DNA of 64,000 bases from an uncultured Chloracidobacterium sp. (GTDB lineage Bacteria; Acidobacteriota; Blastocatellia; Pyrinomonadales; Pyrinomonadaceae): contig CAYPGP010000001.1 in the NCBI GenBank assembly GCA_964410495.1, forward strand, positions 61,993 to 125,992, written 5' to 3'. Positions 17,414 through 26,489 of this stretch are shown here, in pieces. The first letter of the stretch is position 1. Each line of letters starts with the position of its first letter. The translations under genes were made by a program, and so were the position numbers. The notes beneath the pieces are model-generated. The model worked only from the letters and a program-made list of their open reading frames with translations, made no database searches and was not told where the DNA came from.

Positions 17414-17851
17414 TTATTGTTGCGGCGTGGAACTTAGAACGGGATAGCCCTGAGCCTTCCAGGCGTTCGGCCCGCCGACAAGTGCGTAAGTTCCGGGGAT
17501 GCCTTTCTGATTCATTTTGAGTGCCAAACTGGCACTCGTGTGTTCGCCTCCTCAGGAACAGTAGAGGACTATCTTTTTCCCCTTGGGCAGCTTTTCGAAC
17601 TCGGTTTCCGGGGCATTGTATTCGATCACGACGGCCCCGGGAAGATGTTCCACGTCATACGCGCCCTTACCGCGCGTATCAACGAAAACTACGCGGCCCG
17701 CATCGTATTCCTTCTTGGCGTCTTCGGCTGAAATACGCGGAACAGCCTGTTCATTGTCGTACTTTACGTACTCGATCACCGGAGCGTTCTGGCAGGCAAA
17801 AGCGAATGCCAGCAGCACCGATGAGAGGATAAAAAGAACCGCTTTCTTCAT
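17414..17851 (-). CDS. exported single-domain rhodanese, predicted selenoprotein (TGA 17552-17554 read as Sec)
   Basis: Track ORF ends ...KGKKIVLYCS at TGA. The same frame continues GGEHTSASLALKMNQKGIPGTYALVGGPNAWKAQGYPVLSSTPQQ to TAA 17414-17416. Signal peptide MKKAVLFILSSVLLAFAFA; ATG 17851 shares its A with the bcp stop codon. Confidence 0.7.
17519..17537 (-). promoter_or_regulatory. SECIS-like hairpin 14 nt downstream of UGA
   Basis: RNA GAGUGCC-AGUUU-GGCACUC: perfect 7-bp stem and 5-nt loop with G-U. Confidence 0.55.
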
Positions 17852-18309
17852 CACTTTTCTCCAAATGCCGCGAGCACTTCGTCAGCGTGTTTTGAAACAT
17901 CGACCTTGTCGAAGATCTTGACGATCTTGCCGTCGTCGATCAGGAACGTCTTTCGGAACGTGCCCATGTACTTCTTGCCGTACATGCTCTTTTCGCCCCA
18001 GACGCCGTAGTCTTCGACCACCTTTTTATCGACGTCGGCGAGCAGGTCGAACGGGAGCTGATACTTTGAGATGAATTTCTGATGGGCTTTTTCGCTGTCG
18101 GTGGATACGCCGAGGACGGTGATTCCCTTGGCGCGGTAAATTTCATCTGCATCGCGGAACGAGCAGGCTTCCTTCGTACAGCCGGGCGTGTCGTCTTTCG
18201 GATAAAAATACAGAGCCAGCCGCTTGCCTTTGAAATCGGAAAGCTTAACGGTGTTTCCGTTCTGGTCGGTTGAAGAAAAATCGGGTGCTTTGTCGCCTTC
18301 TTTTAGCAT
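17851..18309 (-). CDS. bcp: thioredoxin-dependent peroxiredoxin Bcp (PrxQ)
   Basis: FYPKDDTPGCTKEACSFRD with peroxidatic and resolving Cys; 152 aa. Confidence 0.85.
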   Translation of the reverse strand: MLKEGDKAPDFSSTDQNGNTVKLSDFKGKRLALYFYPKDDTPGCTKEACSFRDADEIYRAKGITVLGVSTDSEKAHQKFISKYQLPFDLLADVDKKVVEDYGVWGEKSMYGKKYMGTFRKTFLIDDGKIVKIFDKVDVSKHADEVLAAFGEK

Positions 18310-18376
18310 TTATCTCCTCGATCGTTTTGATACCTGATTTTCCAATATTTCACTAAGGGCGCGCAATAGTTGAGCG

Positions 18377-19378
18377 TCATTTCTTCTTGCCGAAATTCCA
18401 TTTCATGCCGGTCGTAAGAAGAAAATCGTTCTTCTTCGACGTACCGTTCGGGTCGTTATTATAACGGTCGCCCACGGCGATGAAGAAGCCAATCTTCTTT
18501 GTGACATCAATGCTGATGGTCGAGTCCATGATGAAGCGAAATTCGACGCGGTCTGTCACATTCTGAAAATACGTGACCGCATTCTGGATGCGCAGTTTGT
18601 CGTTGATGCGATGCTTGAAATTAAAGCCCGCGAGGCCTTCGGGCGTGTTTGCGTCCGAATTGGCCTGCCATGTGCGGTTCCAAGCTCCGCCCATGAAGAG
18701 TTCGAGTTCGGTCCTGTCATTCTTGATAGTACGATGCCCGAGTCCGCCGCCGGCAACCGAACGGAAGTCGAGACGACGAGGTTTGTCCCGTTCGAAATCG
18801 TATGAGACAAAGCCGAAGACTTTCTTGTTTAGAGTTCTATCGTATCTCGCACCGCCCCAGAATGCGTTTTGTGTCGTGACGTTCAGATTTGAACCGTGAT
18901 TGCTGTTCCAAAGGCTGCGGGCGTAGATGGTGATGCCATCCTGCGGACGCGATTTGGATGCTCGCAGGCCTGTGGTCATCGTAATGTTGTTGGAGTTTCC
19001 CGATGTATAGCTGAATCCGATATTTGCGTTGCCATCCCAGCCCGTGGCGACCGACTTCATCCGGCCGACAAAACCATTGCGCGAACTCTTTTTGATGACT
19101 GAGCCTACAGGCGGAGCAGCAGCGGCCGGCTTCGGAGCGGCCAGATTTGCAGCGGCGGCAGATCGAGCCAGCGATGCGGGGCCGACCTTGGCGATATGTT
19201 TTCGGTCGATCTTGAGCTTGCCGGCGTACTCGGTCTCAATCACCACCGCGTCCTCGCTTTCCTCGACGATCTTTCCGGAGAGCCGGTCGCCGTTTTTCAG
19301 CGTTAATTCCCCGGCAAACGCCGACGAAAAAATAGCCGCGATCAGGATGAAGGCCAGCAAGCGCGAAACGTGTCTCAT
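18377..19378 (-). CDS. DUF481 family outer-membrane beta-barrel protein
   Basis: Signal peptide; N-terminal LKNGDRLSGKIVEESEDAVVIETEYAGKLKIDRKHI module; C-terminal alternating beta-strand pattern. Confidence 0.65.
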   Translation of the reverse strand: MRHVSRLLAFILIAAIFSSAFAGELTLKNGDRLSGKIVEESEDAVVIETEYAGKLKIDRKHIAKVGPASLARSAAAANLAAPKPAAAAPPVGSVIKKSSRNGFVGRMKSVATGWDGNANIGFSYTSGNSNNITMTTGLRASKSRPQDGITIYARSLWNSNHGSNLNVTTQNAFWGGARYDRTLNKKVFGFVSYDFERDKPRRLDFRSVAGGGLGHRTIKNDRTELELFMGGAWNRTWQANSDANTPEGLAGFNFKHRINDKLRIQNAVTYFQNVTDRVEFRFIMDSTISIDVTKKIGFFIAVGDRYNNDPNGTSKKNDFLLTTGMKWNFGKKK

Positions 19379-19478
19379 AAACTTAATAAAATAACATTAT
19401 GAAAAATGGATGTGAATTAGGGTTGATAATGGCCTAGGTTGACGCGGGTTCCCCGGTTTCCGAGAATGTTCACGGGAA

Positions 19479-19997
19479 ATGAAGCGATTGCCGGAAAAAA
19501 AAGCGTTCGATCAACTGCGGATGATGCAGCGGCGATACGCGGAACAGATCAGGGGCGAGTACGAACACCGTGCCTTACCATGTTCGACATGTGCCACGCC
19601 CGGAGCATGCTGTCTCGACGCGCACTTCGTTAACGTACATGTCTCGAAACTCGAAGCTCGAATGATCAGATCGGCGATCGATGGGTTCGATGAAAAGCTT
19701 CGCCAGAAAGTCGTAGAACGCACAACCGAGGCGATCTTAAAATATAAGCTGTCTTCCGATGGCGACACCTACGCTCGCAAATTCGCGTGCCCGCTGTTCG
19801 AGAAAGGCGTCGGCTGCCTCATCCATGAGACCGGAAAACCGGTGGCGTGCATGACCCACGCGTGCTACGAGAACGAGCAGGATCTTCCGCCGGATGAACT
19901 GCAGACCGCACAGGAACAAAAGATCGACAACCTCAGCGCCCGCGTTTATGGGCAACGCGATCCTTGGCTTCCACTGCCGCTCGCGATTCTCGGGTGA
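19479..19997 (+). CDS. YkgJ-family cysteine-cluster (CxxCxxxxCC) protein
   Basis: CSTCATPGACC and CPLFEKGVGCLIHETGKPVAC motifs. Confidence 0.6.
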   Translation: MKRLPEKKAFDQLRMMQRRYAEQIRGEYEHRALPCSTCATPGACCLDAHFVNVHVSKLEARMIRSAIDGFDEKLRQKVVERTTEAILKYKLSSDGDTYARKFACPLFEKGVGCLIHETGKPVACMTHACYENEQDLPPDELQTAQEQKIDNLSARVYGQRDPWLPLPLAILG

Positions 19998-20066
19998 GTT
20001 CCAAATCAGCCAAACGAAACCTCAGTTTGAGCGATACGCCCTTGCTTACGCGCGGGCTTTTGCATC

Positions 20067-21986
20067 TTACTCAATGGTCACTTCTACAAACTTATCGCTG
20101 ACGTTGCCGGCGAAATCGGTGATGAGAAATCCGATCGAGTAGTCGCCCGGTGCGACGTCCATGTTGCCGACGTACAGGTCTTCTTTATCGGTAATGTTCA
20201 GGATGTCGGCTGCATCGGTCGACGCGACCTCCTCTGCATCGCCGTTCTCGTCTATCGAGAGGTAAACGGGCCGGATAGAATCGCCTTTATCGAGCTTTAC
20301 TTCTCGCTGTCCCGACTTGGTTTCGATGATCGCGTAGACAAATTCACCGCTCGCCTCTTCGTCGTTGAAATCGATCACGAAATACAGCGTGATCCGGTTC
20401 CATTCCTTGCGGCCTTTATAGCGGACTTCGGCAGGAACTTCGACGTAATATATATCCTTCCCTTCGTCGATCTCAGCGAAATCCGTAATAGGGCAGATAA
20501 CTTCTTTCGTTCCGTCCCCGATCGAGAACCAGGAGCCGTCCCATTCTTCGATCAAGTTTCCTTTTTCGTCGGGTTCGGTCGGCACGGAACCAATGATGAT
20601 CGATTGGTCGTCATGTTCCTCGGCGATTATGAACGTCGCTTCCTCGATGTCGTCGGCGTTGACCTTTGCGCTTACCGTGACGACTCCGTCTTTGGCGAGG
20701 TTAGGTTTGCTTGATTGAACCGGCGTGATGACGGGCTTTGCTGTGTCACCGGCGAGGATGGTCGCGATGTCGGTAAGCATACCGTTCCACTTCATGCCCT
20801 GCTGGAACGGATGTTTGCTGTATCCGCTTTGAGAGAGTTGCTGCGGGTCATTCGGGAAATAGAGGCTCAAACCGGTCGCACGAGGATGCGCGGCACCGAA
20901 TACATTACTAACGACCGCGGCGGAGAGAGCGGCCATTACATCATCCGCCGCTTTTTTCGTCTCCGGGTCGGGGGCGAGTGTTTTGAGGTTTTGGACATAA
21001 TGGCCCATATCGAAAAACTCAGCCGCCGCCGGGCCCTGTCCACGCGAACCGAAATTCGCGGTCACAGAGCGGGCCCTTGCCGTTCTTATCAGTCCATCGC
21101 GTCCCGAGCGTACGATCGATTGATTCCGTACGGTCAGAGCAGCAAAGGCGGTATTCAGTGCGTCGATCTTCGATAGGTCAAGCAGGCTCAGCGTGATCGA
21201 AGCCTTTCGATTGGCCTCAGCTCCGGCGGTGTAAAAATTCTTGTAGCTTCGGGTAATGCCTTCGCCGAGAGCTTTTCCGTCCATCGTCGGATTCGCTGTC
21301 AGCCCGTTCATAATGGCGACGTAGTTCCAGCCGTCTCCGGGCTCAAGTTCCTCGGACGCGACCATGTATTTGGCGTACGGGCTCACGGTTCGAGCGACCT
21401 CGAAATTGGCCATGAGACACGCGTCGAAACCGATGAGTTCCAGCTTTCCGGTCGCCTTCGTTGCCCGTGCGAGAGCGGCGTTGAGCTCGGTCATGTTCAG
21501 GCTGTCGTCACCGTTTCCCTCGTCGTGAAGAATGCCCGGCCAGCCGCTGCCGTGATTGCCGAAAACGAGGGCGTATTTCTTGGCCGGAAAATCCTTAGCT
21601 GCGTTTTCGATAAAAGCCACGAGATTATTCGGGTCGCCCATGTTCAACTCGCCGAGGTCCGCCCCCTCTCTGAGTTTGCCCTTTTCGACGCGGAGGTATT
21701 TTGCCGTCGTCCAGTTCTTGATTCCGCCAATGTCGGCGTTCGTGTAGTTGTTGTCTTCATCGCCGCTGGCGTGTCGGTCGGCGAGAACGATGATATTTAC
21801 CGCGGCCGAGCTTCCTACCTCCGCCATCTCGAGAAGGTCGATCATCTGCGGAAGCTCAAGATCGTTATCCGCGTCCATGTAGAACATCAGAGTCCACTCG
21901 GCTTGAACGGGTGATTGGCTATATAGATTGCCAGGAAAAAGGAGAAACAGGACAAGGAGAATCGAAAAGAGTGATGGAAATCTCAT
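20067..21986 (-). CDS. secreted clostripain-like cysteine peptidase (family C11) with C-terminal beta-rich domains
   Basis: Signal peptide; MFYMDADNDLE, VLADRH, GNHGSGW (catalytic His) and GFDACLMA (catalytic Cys). Confidence 0.75.
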   Translation of the reverse strand: MRFPSLFSILLVLFLLFPGNLYSQSPVQAEWTLMFYMDADNDLELPQMIDLLEMAEVGSSAAVNIIVLADRHASGDEDNNYTNADIGGIKNWTTAKYLRVEKGKLREGADLGELNMGDPNNLVAFIENAAKDFPAKKYALVFGNHGSGWPGILHDEGNGDDSLNMTELNAALARATKATGKLELIGFDACLMANFEVARTVSPYAKYMVASEELEPGDGWNYVAIMNGLTANPTMDGKALGEGITRSYKNFYTAGAEANRKASITLSLLDLSKIDALNTAFAALTVRNQSIVRSGRDGLIRTARARSVTANFGSRGQGPAAAEFFDMGHYVQNLKTLAPDPETKKAADDVMAALSAAVVSNVFGAAHPRATGLSLYFPNDPQQLSQSGYSKHPFQQGMKWNGMLTDIATILAGDTAKPVITPVQSSKPNLAKDGVVTVSAKVNADDIEEATFIIAEEHDDQSIIIGSVPTEPDEKGNLIEEWDGSWFSIGDGTKEVICPITDFAEIDEGKDIYYVEVPAEVRYKGRKEWNRITLYFVIDFNDEEASGEFVYAIIETKSGQREVKLDKGDSIRPVYLSIDENGDAEEVASTDAADILNITDKEDLYVGNMDVAPGDYSIGFLITDFAGNVSDKFVEVTIE

Positions 21987-22152
21987 AAAAAGTCCTCAAT
22001 TGTTTAAGCGGTTTCGGATAGAACAGAAGCAGTCTACGCGAATTCGGCGGAATTCAAGAAATTGCTAATGTCTAACTCCTAACCATTGAGCGACATTTCT
22101 ATCGAGTTAGGGTCATTGTGTTGAAATTTCTTAATTTGGTCGATGGACGTCC

Positions 22153-22196
22153 AGCAAAAAATATGTCCGAAACACCTCTAGGAAGCGTTTCGGACA
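22153..22196 (-). terminator. rho-independent terminator of sppA
   Basis: Minus strand GUCCGAAAC-N13-GUUUCGGAC followed by AUAUUUUUUG. Confidence 0.6.
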
Positions 22197-22219
22197 AGTT
22201 TGTTTGGAGGTGTTTTAGC

Positions 22220-24013
22220 CTACTTTATCTCAAGCTCAAACGGCATCATCATCATTGCCTCGCCTCGCTGCATTTTGTCGAAGAGCGATGTGTAGCGGAA
22301 TGCACGGCGGACGTCTTTTGGCATCGATTCGAGAATGGCTGCCTGGGCTTTCTGATCGGCGGTCATCTGGGTCTCTTCGCTGCCGAAATACTCTTCCAGG
22401 AACGGCCGCGGGGCCGGGAACACGACGCGGCGGACGTCTTTGTCGGCGGGAAGGTTTGCGAGTTCCTTTGCGATATCGATCGCTTTTTCGAGGCCGCCGA
22501 ATTCGTCGATCAGGCCGTTCGCTTTTGCCTGAGTGCCGGTCCAGACGCGACCCTGACCGAGGGCATTCGCTTCTTCATTTGTTTTGTTGCGGCCTTTGGC
22601 GACTTTTGGGATAAAGCTGTCGTAATAAACGCTGCTGATCTGGCTTTCCATCCGCGCACGTTCCTCGGGCGACCATTTTTCAGTCGCGCGGAAAATCCCG
22701 GCGTTCTTTCCCCGCATTGTGTATTCGTTGGAGACGCCGATCCAGTCAAAGAAACCCTTGATATTCGGCTTCATGACAAAAATCCCGATCGAGCCGGTGA
22801 TAGTCGCTGGTTCGGCGACGATTTTGTTGGCGTTGCATGCAATGTAATAACCGCCGGAAGCCGCAACGTCTCCCATCGAAACGACGACAGGTTTCTTAGC
22901 CTTTGCATTCTCGATGGCGTACCACATAAGGTCGGAAGCCAGGGCGGAGCCGCCGCCGGAATCAACGCGGAGGATGATCGCTTTTACTGAATCATCCCTC
23001 GCTGCATCATTAACAGCCCCAACAATGGTATCCGAACCAACCGTTTCGCCGCTGAGCGGACCACTCGCCGACCGTCCGCCGGTGATCGCTCCGGATGCGT
23101 AGATAACGGCGACCTTTTGACCGTTATTAAGGCCCAGCGAGTCAGATGGAATGTCGCGATAGCTGCTGCCGCTGACAGTGCGAAGCTTGTCGTTTTCCTT
23201 GTAACCGAGCTTTGTCTTCAGTTCGTTTTCCACCTGTTCGCGATAAAAAGCATCGTCGATCAGGCCAAGCTCTTTTGCTTGCTTCGCATTGTACGGAGCA
23301 CCGTCGACCAGAGCTTTGACGTCGTTAACATCTTTCTTACGCGATTCGGCAATGCCGCTCGTGAAGCGGCCGAAAAACTCGTCGAGAAGAGCATTGACAA
23401 CCTCACGCTGGCCTTCGCCCATCGTTGTTTTTGTGTACTGATCGGGAGCGTTCTTGTATTTCGGGCCGATCTGGATGGTGTCCATTTCAACGCCAAGTTT
23501 GTCGAGCGAACCTTTGAAGAACATCGCTTCCGCGGCGAGGCCGTTGATGTAAATATCGCCTGAGGGCGGGAGAAAGATCTTATCGGCGGCTGTCGCGATG
23601 TGATATTCCTTGTTGGTGCCGATCTCCATGTAGGCATAAACCGGTTTCCCGGAAGCACGAAAATCCTTGATCGCGTCGCGAAGTTCATCGGCCTTGCCCC
23701 AGCCTATTCCGGGAAAATCGATATCGAGGAGGATCGCACCGATGCGGTTGTCGACCTTTGCCTTGCGTAGCTGAGTAAGCAGGCTCGTGAACGATTGCGG
23801 CTGACTTACGCCAAAGGCCTTTGCAAGCGGCTCCTCAGCTACGTAGTCCGGCAGAGCACCGGAAACGCTCAATGTCAGTACACTGTTGTTAGCGACGCTG
23901 GGCTGGTTCATTGTCCGCGTGGCGACGATCAGGCCGATCACGCCGAGGACGAGCAGCAAAACCAGGATGCCGCCGAGAAGGAGAAGGACCTTTGATGTTT
24001 TTGACATTGCCAT
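22220..24013 (-). CDS. sppA: signal peptide peptidase SppA, 67K type (two S49 domains)
   Basis: N-terminal TM helix, duplicated ClpP/S49 fold, DVAASGGYYIA serine motif; 597 aa. Confidence 0.85.
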   Translation of the reverse strand: MAMSKTSKVLLLLGGILVLLLVLGVIGLIVATRTMNQPSVANNSVLTLSVSGALPDYVAEEPLAKAFGVSQPQSFTSLLTQLRKAKVDNRIGAILLDIDFPGIGWGKADELRDAIKDFRASGKPVYAYMEIGTNKEYHIATAADKIFLPPSGDIYINGLAAEAMFFKGSLDKLGVEMDTIQIGPKYKNAPDQYTKTTMGEGQREVVNALLDEFFGRFTSGIAESRKKDVNDVKALVDGAPYNAKQAKELGLIDDAFYREQVENELKTKLGYKENDKLRTVSGSSYRDIPSDSLGLNNGQKVAVIYASGAITGGRSASGPLSGETVGSDTIVGAVNDAARDDSVKAIILRVDSGGGSALASDLMWYAIENAKAKKPVVVSMGDVAASGGYYIACNANKIVAEPATITGSIGIFVMKPNIKGFFDWIGVSNEYTMRGKNAGIFRATEKWSPEERARMESQISSVYYDSFIPKVAKGRNKTNEEANALGQGRVWTGTQAKANGLIDEFGGLEKAIDIAKELANLPADKDVRRVVFPAPRPFLEEYFGSEETQMTADQKAQAAILESMPKDVRRAFRYTSLFDKMQRGEAMMMMPFELEIK

Positions 24014-24125
24014 AACAATTCATGAGCCCGCTGGCTAGCTAAATATTACGACATCGGGCGGGCGAAAGTTTAACGCAAATCATGTATACGCCCGCGGGTA
24101 AGCAAGGGCGATACGCCGCGATTGC

Positions 24126-24737
24126 TTACCCGCGTGGGTTCGCATCGCTGTGCGGCCTTTCGGCCGTGATTATGTTTAGTATTCCGGCGAGCCTTTTTTC
24201 AACGACTATGTGCTCGAATCCGGCTTGTGCGACCGACTTCGCCGTCTGCCGGTTGAAATGATCATCTATCAAGGCGACGGTAAGGGCATTCAGAACGTCG
24301 AAGATATATCCAAGCGGTCCGTCGGGGCGAACGTGCTCGATCAATACCAATCTCCCGCCCGGCTTAAGCACGCGATGGATCTCTGAAAAGCCTCTCGCCG
24401 GATCGGGCACCGAACAGAAAACCAACGTCGCAAATGCGGCATCGAAATGATTTGCTGGAAAGGGGAGCGTTTGAGCGTCGGCTTGGAGAATGTCGATAGA
24501 GTCGGTTTTAGTGCGGGCGATATCGATCATTTTTAGCGATATCTCGCTTGCAACAGCGTGTTTGCACGAAGGATAGTATTTGAAATTCACACCGGTGCCG
24601 GCGCCGATCTCAAGCAATCGGCCTTCGGCAGGAAGTTTAGCAAGAACTCGCCTACGCAAGCCGTTCAGATAAAGGCTCTCGAGCGGCGAAAACGCTGCGT
24701 CGTAGAATTGGGCGAGCCGGTCGTAGGTTTGCGGCAT
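24126..24737 (-). CDS. class I SAM-dependent methyltransferase
   Basis: LLEIGAGTGVN motif I and LKPGGRLVLIEH post-I motif; ATG 24737 lies inside the TTG-initiated track ORF. Confidence 0.75.
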   Translation of the reverse strand: MPQTYDRLAQFYDAAFSPLESLYLNGLRRRVLAKLPAEGRLLEIGAGTGVNFKYYPSCKHAVASEISLKMIDIARTKTDSIDILQADAQTLPFPANHFDAAFATLVFCSVPDPARGFSEIHRVLKPGGRLVLIEHVRPDGPLGYIFDVLNALTVALIDDHFNRQTAKSVAQAGFEHIVVEKRLAGILNIITAERPHSDANPRG

Positions 24738-24893
24738 ATGCGTGTTTTGCTTTTGCAACTCGCTATTCTACCGCATCGTTGTCCGATCTTTGCGGGTTTT
24801 GCGTTGAGCACACTGGCTGCATCATGAATGGGACATACGCGGCAATTTCGCTTTCAAACGTGTGAGTGTCTATAATCAAGTGCTTTCGAGAGT

Positions 24894-26321
<1,428 letters not shown>

Positions 26322-26404
26322 AAAAAATCCGAACTTTCATATAACAACGCTGGGCTGAACCGCTTAAACGCTGTGAAACGCTACATTTATTGTCGCGCCC
26401 TCTT

Positions 26405-26419
26405 TGGCATGGATTTTGA
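26405..26419 (+). promoter_or_regulatory. weak sigma-54-like -24/-12 element
   Basis: TGGCAT-ggatt-TTGA, 71 nt upstream of ATG 26490; correct spacing, but the -12 element is GA rather than GC. Confidence 0.2.
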
Positions 26420-26489
26420 CTCCAAAACCATTACTATCGAATGCATAGTAAGGGTAGTTAAGTTTTACTTACAACACAGGAGGAACAAG

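Noticed and set aside
22165-22215. Two mutually exclusive hairpins downstream of sppA (AACACCTC...GAGGTGTT versus GTCCGAAAC...GTTTCGGAC) that look like an attenuator.
   Set aside because: They lie after the stop codon of the gene rather than in a leader. The simplest reading is an ordinary terminator with an accessory stem.
24871-24876. Perfect TATAAT 17 nt upstream of the regulator ATG 24894, as a -10 box.
   Set aside because: No acceptable -35 element lies at 16-18 nt spacing, and a single hexamer match is expected by chance.
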